Position numbers and translations under genes: made by a program. Below the pieces are notes generated by a model. That model did no database searches. It was not told where the DNA came from and saw nothing but the letters and a program-made list of their open reading frames with translations. DNA of 64,000 nucleotides from Vulcanimicrobiota bacterium (GTDB taxonomy: Bacteria > Vulcanimicrobiota > Vulcanimicrobiia > Vulcanimicrobiales > Vulcanimicrobiaceae), in assembly GCA_003135555.1 (NCBI GenBank), contig PLCF01000062.1, positions 62,981-126,980 of the forward strand. Reading direction: 5' to 3'. Below are positions 27,141-35,123 of the stretch, piece by piece. Each line of letters opens with the position of its first letter. Within the stretch, counting starts at the first letter, position 1.

Positions 27141-27755
27141 ATGCCCACCAGCAAGAAAGTCACGCCGCCAGCGATCGCTAAGCAGAGCACCGATCAGCTA
27201 GTCGCCCAAGCGCTCAGCACCAACTCGGCGCTGGGCGACGCGGTCACCGCGCGCTTCGCCGGGATCGGATTCCTCGGCGCGGATCTCATCGCTGTGGTGA
27301 CCGCGAAGACGAGCGCGCCGAGCACCGCGCTCTCGGCGTACAAGAACCGCCTTTCCGAGATGACGCTCGCGGCGAAGCAGCGCGTGGCGGCCGACCCGCA
27401 GACGTTCGTGGTGCTCGGGCGGGTCGTCGACGCCACGGGCGCCGGCCTCAAAGGTTACAAGCTCACGTTGAGCGACGCGAACGGCGATCTCTCGCGCGTC
27501 GCACCAGTCGTCAGCGACGCGGACGGGTTCTTTACTCTGCACCTGCGGCTGGGCGAGCTACCGCCGTCGGTCGTCGGCGGTTCGATCTACGTGCGCGTCA
27601 GCGATCCGAAGGGCAGCGAGATCTTCGCTCCGTCGGCTCCGCTAACGGTCCGCGGCGGCGAGGTCGGCTCGTTCTCCGCGATATCACCGGTCGCCGCGAC
27701 TCCGAACGCTATTCCCAAAGCAACACCGAAGGCGAGCGCAACAGCGAGCCCCTAG
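27141..27755 (+). CDS. Hypothetical protein with carboxypeptidase-regulatory/transthyretin-like beta domain
   Basis: GAGG RBS; VLGRVVDATGAGLKGYKLTL, SDADGFFTL. Confidence 0.75.
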   Translation: MPTSKKVTPPAIAKQSTDQLVAQALSTNSALGDAVTARFAGIGFLGADLIAVVTAKTSAPSTALSAYKNRLSEMTLAAKQRVAADPQTFVVLGRVVDATGAGLKGYKLTLSDANGDLSRVAPVVSDADGFFTLHLRLGELPPSVVGGSIYVRVSDPKGSEIFAPSAPLTVRGGEVGSFSAISPVAATPNAIPKATPKASATASP

Positions 27756-27772
27756 CGCGGTGCGGGCGCCGA

Positions 27773-29020
27773 TCAAGCTGCGCCGGTGACGACCAGCGCG
27801 GCGTGCAGTACGACGCCGGCGGCGCCGCCGACCAGGCTGCCGTTGAGGCGGATGAACTGCAAGTCCGGCCCGAGCTCGGTCTCGATCTTTTCGGTGACGA
27901 CGTCGGCGTCCCAACGCTGCACGACCTCGGTGATGAGTAACGAGAACTGCTGCTGAAAACGCGCCAGGACCGACTCTGCGACGTCGCACAGCCGCACGTT
28001 GAGCCGCTCGACGATCACCGGCTCGTCGAGCATGTTGCGAGCGATTCTCGCAGCCACATCGGCGAAGCGCGGGCCGGCCTCTGATGACTGGGCCGATGGG
28101 TGCTCCAGGCGCGCTTTGAGCGCGCTCCACGCCGCCGCGACGAGCCCGTCGAGCTCGGAGCCGTGCAGGATCGCGGCCTTGATCCGCTCGGCCTGCTCGT
28201 GCATCTCCGGGTCGTCGTGCAAACGCACGACGAGCTCGCGGACGTAGGCGTCGAACTGCAGGCGCATCGGATGCTCCGGCGTGCGCGCGATCTCGTCGAC
28301 CAGATCGATCATCCCGTCGACGAAGCGGTTCACGATGTAGGCATCGACGAACCCCGGTGTCAGCAACGAACGCTTCGCGAAGCGGCGTTTGATCTCGGGG
28401 CGTTGCGCGTTCAACCACGCGGCGACCACGGGCAGGATGCGCGCGAGGACGCGCTGGTGCGCACCGTCCGCGGTCGCGATCTCGAGCACCGCGCCGGCCG
28501 CGCGCGAGAGATCGAGACGCTCGACCTCCTCGGCGAGGACCTTGCCGACGACGGCCCGGATCTCGGCATCGTCGAGGGCGTCGACCAGCCGCGGCACGAT
28601 CGCGCGCGCGTTCGCGAACAGTGCGGCGCAGTTTGCGGGGACCGCGAACCAGCGCAGCAGGTAGCCGGCAAGGTCGAGCTCGCGCAGCTTCGAGGCGATG
28701 ATGGTCGGGGTCAAGAAGTTCTGCTCGACGAAGATCCCGAGCTGCACGCCGATGCGGTCTTTGTTGTGTGGAACGATCGCGGTATGCGGTAGGCGCAGTC
28801 CGCCGGGATGGCGGAACAGCGCGACCACCGCGAACCAATCGGCGAGGCCGCCGATCAACGCCGCTTCGCTGAAGGCCTCGACCCAGCCCAGGATCGGATA
28901 CGCCGGCCGCAGGCGTGCGGCGATTACGAAAACGATCGCCATGACGCCCAACAGGGCCGTGGCGATCGTCTTCATCTGCCGTAGGCGAGCGCGCTTGTCG
29001 TCGGCACCCGCGAACGTCAT
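27773..29020 (-). CDS. DUF445 (YjiN-like) membrane protein
   Basis: EAALIGGLADWFAVVALFRHP, PHTAIVP, DLQFIRLNGSLVGG. Confidence 0.93.
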   Translation of the reverse strand: MTFAGADDKRARLRQMKTIATALLGVMAIVFVIAARLRPAYPILGWVEAFSEAALIGGLADWFAVVALFRHPGGLRLPHTAIVPHNKDRIGVQLGIFVEQNFLTPTIIASKLRELDLAGYLLRWFAVPANCAALFANARAIVPRLVDALDDAEIRAVVGKVLAEEVERLDLSRAAGAVLEIATADGAHQRVLARILPVVAAWLNAQRPEIKRRFAKRSLLTPGFVDAYIVNRFVDGMIDLVDEIARTPEHPMRLQFDAYVRELVVRLHDDPEMHEQAERIKAAILHGSELDGLVAAAWSALKARLEHPSAQSSEAGPRFADVAARIARNMLDEPVIVERLNVRLCDVAESVLARFQQQFSLLITEVVQRWDADVVTEKIETELGPDLQFIRLNGSLVGGAAGVVLHAALVVTGAA

Positions 29021-29024
29021 GGGG

Positions 29025-29345
29025 TTAGACCTTTTCCGCGGCGCCTTCCGCGGCCGGCGTTGCGGTCTGCACCGACTTGAGGACGTTGACGAGCTGGTTC
29101 ACGTACTCGTTCTGCTGTTCGATCAGCTTCACGGCGAACGCCGAGTTGAGCTCGCTGACTTGCGCGACCACGGTCGGGATGTTGCGCAGGCTCTCCGCGC
29201 CCGGGAGCTTGCTGGTGGCGTTGGTGACGAGCTCGCGGAACGAGCTCACGGCGGCCGTCTGCGCGGCCTGGGCCTGCTTGAGCGCCTCGATGCCCTGCGC
29301 TTGGAGCTTCTCGATGGTGTCGATGTAGGTGTCGGTCACTGTCAC
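29025..29345 (-). CDS. Phasin-like amphipathic helical protein
   Basis: GGGAG RBS, GTG start; 106 aa, Ala/Gln-rich, helical; 4 nt from the DUF445 start. Confidence 0.6.
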   Translation of the reverse strand: MTVTDTYIDTIEKLQAQGIEALKQAQAAQTAAVSSFRELVTNATSKLPGAESLRNIPTVVAQVSELNSAFAVKLIEQQNEYVNQLVNVLKSVQTATPAAEGAAEKV

Positions 29346-29390
29346 GGGAGGTCTCCCTTGCGCCCTGCGGCGCGGGTGCTGCAACGTGTG

Positions 29391-29430
29391 TGCTAAGTAT
29401 ATCAAGCACTTTGCTATGCCTGTCAAGCAC
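29391..29430 (-). promoter_or_regulatory. Sigma70-type promoter overlapped by two tandem operator-like repeats
   Basis: Minus strand TTGACA-N19-TATACT (also TGnTATACT); plus strand TGCTAnGnnnnTCAAGCAC twice, 21 bp apart. Confidence 0.65.
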
Positions 29431-29503
29431 CCAAAGTCGCATCACGCGCTCGCCTTGCTTAGCGGCCAACCGGAGACGGTACAACTGGGCCGAAGGTGCC
29501 TCG

Positions 29504-30262
29504 ATGGACCAGCTTTTTTCGCTTCAAGGCCGAGTCGCGCTGGTGACGGGCGCCTCCAGCGGCCTGGGGCAACATTTCGCGCACGTGCTGCACGCCGCGG
29601 GTGCAACCGTCGTCCTTGCCGCCCGCCGCCTCGATCGCGTCGAGGCGGAAGCAAAGCGCCTCGGCGAACGCGCGCGCGCGATCGCAATCGACGTCTCCCA
29701 CGAAGCCTCGATCTTGTTCACCTTCGAGACGCTGGCCGCGTCAGGTGTCCTGTGCGACATCATCATCAACAACGCCGGCATCAGCGGTTCGAGCTTGTTG
29801 CTGCAGATGGAGACCACGGAGTGGGATGACGTCATCAGAGTGAACTTGCGCGCCCCGTTTTTGGTCGCCCGCGAAGCCGCGCGCCGTCTCGTCGCCGCAA
29901 ACAAGCCGGGCAGCATTGTCAACATCGCATCGATCCTCGGGCTACGCGTCTCCCCGGCGCTCGCGCCGTACATGGCCAGCAAGGCGGGACTGATCCATCT
30001 CACCCGCAGCATGGCATTCGAGTTCGCACGCTACGGCATCCGCGTCAACGCGCTGTGCCCGGGCTATTTCGAAACCGAGATCAACAGCGATTTCCTCAAG
30101 TCCGAGTACGCGCAGGCGGCGCTAAAACGCGTGCCGCAGCGCCGCATCGGCGACCTGCGTGATCTGGACGGTCCGTTGTTATTGCTGGCATCCGACGCCG
30201 GAGCGTTCATGACCGGCGAAGCGCTCGTCGTCGACGGCGGCCAATCGATCAACGCGGTCTAA
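29504..30262 (+). CDS. SDR family oxidoreductase
   Basis: TGASSGLG, NNAG, NIAS, YMASK, VNALCPG. Confidence 0.95.
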   Translation: MDQLFSLQGRVALVTGASSGLGQHFAHVLHAAGATVVLAARRLDRVEAEAKRLGERARAIAIDVSHEASILFTFETLAASGVLCDIIINNAGISGSSLLLQMETTEWDDVIRVNLRAPFLVAREAARRLVAANKPGSIVNIASILGLRVSPALAPYMASKAGLIHLTRSMAFEFARYGIRVNALCPGYFETEINSDFLKSEYAQAALKRVPQRRIGDLRDLDGPLLLLASDAGAFMTGEALVVDGGQSINAV

Positions 30263-30275
30263 GGCGGCGCGGGCG

Positions 30276-33200
30276 TCAGGTCGAACCCCACACGTCGAGG
30301 TTGTAGCGCTTGGCAGCGGTGAGCTCGCCGATCCAGCGCGCCGCGGCGGCCTCATCGGCGCCGGTCTTGCGGCGGTACAGGTCGGCAAACGTCGCGCGCA
30401 CGTCGGGTTCCATCCGGCTCCCGTCGCCGCACACGTAGACGACGGCGTCCGCTTCCAGGAGTGCCCAGACGTCATCCGCCACTTCCGCGATGCGGTGCTG
30501 CACGTACGTCTTGGTCGCGTCCAGCCGCGAGAACGCGACGTGCAGCTCGACGATCCCGTCGGCAGCGTAGCGCTCGAGCTCGTCGCGGTAGAGATAATCT
30601 TGATCGGGGTGGCGGCAGCCGAAGAACAGCATGGCTCGACCCAATGGTGCACCGCCGGCGCGCAGCGACTCGCGCTGCTGGAGGAAACCGCGGAACGGCG
30701 CCAGCCCCGTGCCGGGTCCGATCATGACGATCGGCCGCTCCGGGATGTCCGGCAGGCAGAACGCGCTCTTGGAGTCCTTCACGAAGGCGTCGATCGTCTG
30801 ACCGGCATCGTGGCGGGCCAAGTACGTCGAGCACACGCCTTCGAAGGTGCCTAGTCCCGACCAGGCCGGCTCGTTGACGACGCCGACGGTGATGCTGCAA
30901 CGATCCGGCGCGGCCAGCGGCGACGAGGAGATCGAGTAGTAGCGCGGCGTCATCGCCGGAAGCATGTCGAGGAACGATTCGAAGGGCAGCTCGCAGGCGG
31001 GATGCTCCTCGAGCAGATCGAGCACCGAGCGCCGCTTGCGTTTGACCTCGGTCATGTACGCGCCGGCGTCCGCGTCGTCGGCGGCGAGCGCAGCGAGGCG
31101 CGGTTTGGTGTTGGGGCATTGCGTGTGCTCGGCCAGCGTGGCGATCTGCTTGCGCGTCGCCGTGTGCTGCAGCTCGACGTGGTGTGCTAGGAGCTGCTCG
31201 AGGGCGACCGGGGTGTCGACCGGGAGCGCCGCGGGCCGGGCTTGCACCGCGCGCAACCGCACGTAGGTGTCGTCGGCGAACCCGAAGCGGCGCAGCGCCC
31301 GCGCGACCAGCGCCGGCGGATTCTCGGCGACGACCCCGAGATGATCGCCGACGCGGTACGCCGATCCGTCGGGAATCGCGATCTCGATGTGCCGCGTCGA
31401 GCGTTCGCCCGAGCTCTGCAGCTCGCGGTTGACCAGCACGCGCATCGCGGCGGCACCGTGCGCGGTGGCGAGCGGATTGGCTTGCGGGCCCGCTACCACC
31501 TCGACCTCGTAGCGCGGCCGTGCGTTGCTCTCGGCCTGCGTGTCGAACGCGACGCCGAGCTCCTTGGCCACCGATTCCCACAGCGCGATGCGCCAAGCAC
31601 GGAACTGCCCGTCAAGGTCTTCCTGCGCATCGCCCTCGCCGCGTCCGAACAGCCGCTCCGCGCCGTACGCCGCGAGCCGTTCGTCGATGAAGCGCGGCAC
31701 GGCTTGGTAGGTCGACGCCCAGTTCCGGTTGCCGCACCCGAAGACGGCGTAGCGCACGCCCGCGAGCGCGCCGGGCGCGAGTCCGTCCCCGAGCCAGCGG
31801 TAGAACCCCGCAGCGTTGTCGGGCGGTGCGCCGTTGTAGGAGGCGCACACGATGAGCACGCCGCCGTCGGTCGGCAACTTGCCGGCGAAATCGTCGAGCC
31901 ATGCGACGCGCACGCTAAAACCTTGCCCGGTCGCCAGATCGGCGACCCGGCGCGCCGCGTCTTCCGAGGTGCCCAGATTCGACCCGAACAGAACCAGCAG
32001 CGGCATGCCGTGCACCGGGAGCTGCGTCGGCGGAACGGCGGCCGGCGCGGCCCCGTTGCGCTGCGCCTGCACCGGCTCGAGGGCGAGCGCGGGCGTAGCG
32101 CCTGCGGCGAGCGCGGGGACCCGCATACGCGGTCGGACCTTGATCTTGAGCCCGTCCGGCTTGATCGTCAGCGTCTCTTTGAGCCGCAGAACGTAGCGTT
32201 GATGATCGATCAGCCGGAAGCGCTGCAGCATCATCCCGATCACCAGCGTCGCTTCCTGCATCGCGAACTGGCGACCGATGCACGCGCGTTGACCGTTCCC
32301 GAACGGTTTGTACGCGTTATCCGGCAGCGCGCGCTCGCGTTCGGGTGTGAAGTTGTCGGGATCGAAGATCTCGGCGCGTTCACCCCAAACGGCGGGGTCG
32401 CGGTGAAGCGAAGGCAGCAGCACTACGACCTGCGCGCGCGCCTTGACCGCGTACTTTCCGCCGAGCACCTCGTCCTTGTACGGCAGCAACGCGAACGCCG
32501 GCGCGGTCGGCCACAGGCGCAACGACTCCTTGAGGATTTGCCCGACGTAGACCAGCGCTTTGACCTGCTTCATCGTCGGCTTCACCGACGGGTCGGTGCC
32601 GAAAACCCGGTCGACTTCTTCGGTTGCGCGGGCCAGCACGTCGGGGTGGCTCAGCAAGAAGTACGTCGCGAACGAGAGCAGGCCGCTGGTCGTCTCGTGC
32701 CCGGCGATCAAGAAGGTGATGATCTGGTAGCGGATGTTCGTGTCGTCGAGCCGCTCGCCGGTCTTACGATCGACGCCCGCGAGCATGTAGTCGAGCATGT
32801 CCGTCTTCTGCGGCTCACCGCCGTCGGCGGCCCGCGCTTGTTTGCGGTCCGCGATGATCTGATCGACGACGTGGTTGAGGTACTTTGCATCGGCGGCCAG
32901 CCGCGCTTGCCGCGGCCGGGTGAAGACCTCTTCGAACGGCAGGCCGCGCTGGCTCATCGAAATCTCCAGCGCATCGACCATCGCGTCGACGAACGGGTGA
33001 TTGTCCTCGCGATAGAACGAGTTGAAGCGGTACCCGAAACCGCACAGGCCGATCGTATCGAGGGTCAACGCCGTCATGTCGTGGACGACGTCGACCTCGT
33101 CGTCGGCGTTGAGCCGCTCCCACTTGAGCATCAGCTGCTCCGCGACGTCGAGCATCATCGGGTGATAGCCCTGCATCGCGCGGTCGCCGAAGTTAGGCAG

Positions 33201-33524
33201 CAGGATGTTATGTGCTCTGGACCAGTTGGGTTCGGTCGTGTAGGCCGTGAAGAGCCCATCGCCCGAGATCGAGCGCACGCGGTGCAGCGCTCCGCGCACC
33301 GACTTGTCGAAACGCGACTCATCGCACAGCTCGTCGACGAGCGAGAAGCCCGAGACGACGGTGATCGGCTTGCCCATCATGTCGAGCCGGAAGATCGGAC
33401 CCAACTCGCGCGCCAGTGCGATCAGGCCTTGGATCGGCGTGACGGTGCTGATGTCGAAGATGTTGCCGACGACGGGTTTCTTGGGCGGGCTCGGGATCGG
33501 TTCGAGCGCTTCCCCGGAGAGCAT
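30276..33524 (-). CDS. Bifunctional cytochrome P450/NADPH-P450 reductase (CYP102A/BM3-like)
   Basis: FLIAGHETTSG, ESLR, PFGNGQRACIG heme motif, flavodoxin GSNLGT, PRYYSISSS, GPGTGLAPF, DVW C-terminus. Confidence 0.97.
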   Translation of the reverse strand: MLSGEALEPIPSPPKKPVVGNIFDISTVTPIQGLIALARELGPIFRLDMMGKPITVVSGFSLVDELCDESRFDKSVRGALHRVRSISGDGLFTAYTTEPNWSRAHNILLPNFGDRAMQGYHPMMLDVAEQLMLKWERLNADDEVDVVHDMTALTLDTIGLCGFGYRFNSFYREDNHPFVDAMVDALEISMSQRGLPFEEVFTRPRQARLAADAKYLNHVVDQIIADRKQARAADGGEPQKTDMLDYMLAGVDRKTGERLDDTNIRYQIITFLIAGHETTSGLLSFATYFLLSHPDVLARATEEVDRVFGTDPSVKPTMKQVKALVYVGQILKESLRLWPTAPAFALLPYKDEVLGGKYAVKARAQVVVLLPSLHRDPAVWGERAEIFDPDNFTPERERALPDNAYKPFGNGQRACIGRQFAMQEATLVIGMMLQRFRLIDHQRYVLRLKETLTIKPDGLKIKVRPRMRVPALAAGATPALALEPVQAQRNGAAPAAVPPTQLPVHGMPLLVLFGSNLGTSEDAARRVADLATGQGFSVRVAWLDDFAGKLPTDGGVLIVCASYNGAPPDNAAGFYRWLGDGLAPGALAGVRYAVFGCGNRNWASTYQAVPRFIDERLAAYGAERLFGRGEGDAQEDLDGQFRAWRIALWESVAKELGVAFDTQAESNARPRYEVEVVAGPQANPLATAHGAAAMRVLVNRELQSSGERSTRHIEIAIPDGSAYRVGDHLGVVAENPPALVARALRRFGFADDTYVRLRAVQARPAALPVDTPVALEQLLAHHVELQHTATRKQIATLAEHTQCPNTKPRLAALAADDADAGAYMTEVKRKRRSVLDLLEEHPACELPFESFLDMLPAMTPRYYSISSSPLAAPDRCSITVGVVNEPAWSGLGTFEGVCSTYLARHDAGQTIDAFVKDSKSAFCLPDIPERPIVMIGPGTGLAPFRGFLQQRESLRAGGAPLGRAMLFFGCRHPDQDYLYRDELERYAADGIVELHVAFSRLDATKTYVQHRIAEVADDVWALLEADAVVYVCGDGSRMEPDVRATFADLYRRKTGADEAAAARWIGELTAAKRYNLDVWGST

Positions 33525-33537
33525 GTCGCGCGCTCCT

Positions 33538-35076
33538 CTAGGCCGCCGGGCCGTACGCTCGTTCGAGCTCGTCGAGCTCGTCGGTCAACATCGTCGCGAG
33601 CCGCTGCACGTTGGGAATCACGTTCGCCGCCGCCATGAGCCCGAAATCGAGGCCGTCGACGTAGCCGTGGACCGTGAAGTTGAGCGCTTGGCCGTGGACC
33701 GGGATCGACATCGGGTAGACGTGCTCGATGCGCGCACCGGCGATGTAGATCGGGGTGCGCGAGAAGAAGACGTTCGACACCACGACGTTCATCGGCGGCG
33801 GCAGGCTGTCGGCGAGCCGCGAGCGTTCGTAGAAGACGGCCAACAGCTGCAACAGCATCGGTGAACCGAAGGTCGGGATGTCGGCGAAGTGCGGGACCAG
33901 CGAGCGGAACGGGTTGGCCAATTGTTTGGACGCTGCCGCGGAGGTCACGATCGTCTCCAGGCGCGTCTTGGGATCGTCCACGTTGGTCGCGAGCGGCACC
34001 ACCATCCCGAAGACCTGGTTCTTGAGCTCCGCGTCACCCGCTTCGCGGGCCGAGATCGGAACGAACGCGGTAAGGGATTTCTTGGGCAGCGCATCCTCTT
34101 CGTCGAGGTAGCGGCGCAGCACGCCGCTGGACAGCGCGAGGACGACGTCGTTGACCTTCCCGCCCGCCTTCGCCGCGATTGCTTTCACGCGCGCCATCGA
34201 GACGGTGATCCCGGCAAAGCTGCGCTCCGACGAGATCGCGACGTTGAGCGGCGTCGACGGCGCCGCGAGCAGCTCGAGGGCCTTGAGCGAATCCGGCTTG
34301 AACGCGTTGCTGACGGCCGTCGAGTAAGCCTGCGCGATCTCGCCCAGGTTCGCCCCGACCCGCAGCGGCCATTCGACCTGATGGATCGCCGCATCGAGCA
34401 GGACCGAGGCCAGATCGCTCCCACCGCTGCGCGGCAATTCGAGGCTACCGAGCTGCGACGACTGGAGCGGGGCACGCCACAACTCGGCGTACGCGGCGAA
34501 CATTGACGATGCAAGGTCGCGGGTATCTTGACGCTTCGGCGTCGTGCGCGCGGGAGCCGGCGCCGGTGCGGCAGCGGGCTCGGGCGACGCCGAGGTCTCG
34601 TAGAGGATCTCGGTGAGCGCCGCGCCGGCGCCGCCGTCGATGAGCGCGTGGTGCATCTTGGAGTAGATCGCCGCTTCGTTGTCGGGCATCCCGTCGAAGA
34701 CGTAGAGCTCCCACAGCGGACGCGCGCGATTGAGCGTCTTGGCGTGCAGCCATCCCGCAAGCCGTTCCGCCGTCACCCGGTCGTGCGGTGCCGGCAGCGC
34801 GCCGCGCAGGACGTGGCGGTCGAGGTCGAACTGGTCGTCCTCGACCCAGCTAGGACGATCGATGTCGAAGGGCGCTTGCGCGAGCTTCCAGCGCAGGCTC
34901 TTGGCGAGGTGCAGGCGCGAAGCGATGCGCGCTTTGAAATCTTCGTAGAAGTCGCCGCTGTAGCCGTCGGGCAGTTTGACGATCGTCAAGCTGCCGACGT
35001 GCATCGGGCACTCCGGGGTCTCGGCGAAGAGAAAGGCCGAGTCCACGACGGACAGTTTGCGGATCGTTTCGCTCAT
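33538..35076 (-). CDS. Wax ester synthase/diacylglycerol acyltransferase (WS/DGAT)
   Basis: DSAFLFAETPECPMHVG, RPLWE, catalytic HHALIDG, VNDVVL, NVVVSNV. Confidence 0.95.
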   Translation of the reverse strand: MSETIRKLSVVDSAFLFAETPECPMHVGSLTIVKLPDGYSGDFYEDFKARIASRLHLAKSLRWKLAQAPFDIDRPSWVEDDQFDLDRHVLRGALPAPHDRVTAERLAGWLHAKTLNRARPLWELYVFDGMPDNEAAIYSKMHHALIDGGAGAALTEILYETSASPEPAAAPAPAPARTTPKRQDTRDLASSMFAAYAELWRAPLQSSQLGSLELPRSGGSDLASVLLDAAIHQVEWPLRVGANLGEIAQAYSTAVSNAFKPDSLKALELLAAPSTPLNVAISSERSFAGITVSMARVKAIAAKAGGKVNDVVLALSSGVLRRYLDEEDALPKKSLTAFVPISAREAGDAELKNQVFGMVVPLATNVDDPKTRLETIVTSAAASKQLANPFRSLVPHFADIPTFGSPMLLQLLAVFYERSRLADSLPPPMNVVVSNVFFSRTPIYIAGARIEHVYPMSIPVHGQALNFTVHGYVDGLDFGLMAAANVIPNVQRLATMLTDELDELERAYGPAA

Positions 35077-35123
35077 CGTGAGACGCCCTTCGCTGCTACG
35101 TTCGAGCAGGCACGCCCCTTTGG

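Larger units (their letters stand above)
2912..27755 (+). other. Extracellular contractile injection system (eCIS) operon
   Basis: About 20 co-oriented, tightly packed genes: tail and baseplate parts plus Pvc16, AAA+ ATPase and DUF4157; no capsid, terminase, portal or T6SS membrane complex. Confidence 0.93.

Noticed and set aside
29346..29357. RBS-sequestering hairpin GGGAGACCTCCC before the phasin-like gene
   Set aside because: Only a 4-bp stem is feasible, too weak to claim regulation.
5697..33638. Long antisense or alternate-frame ORFs (e.g. 5697..8192, 16572..19859, 19493..21619, 31242..33638)
   Set aside because: Arg/Ala-rich shadow ORFs expected at high GC, overlapping well-supported genes.
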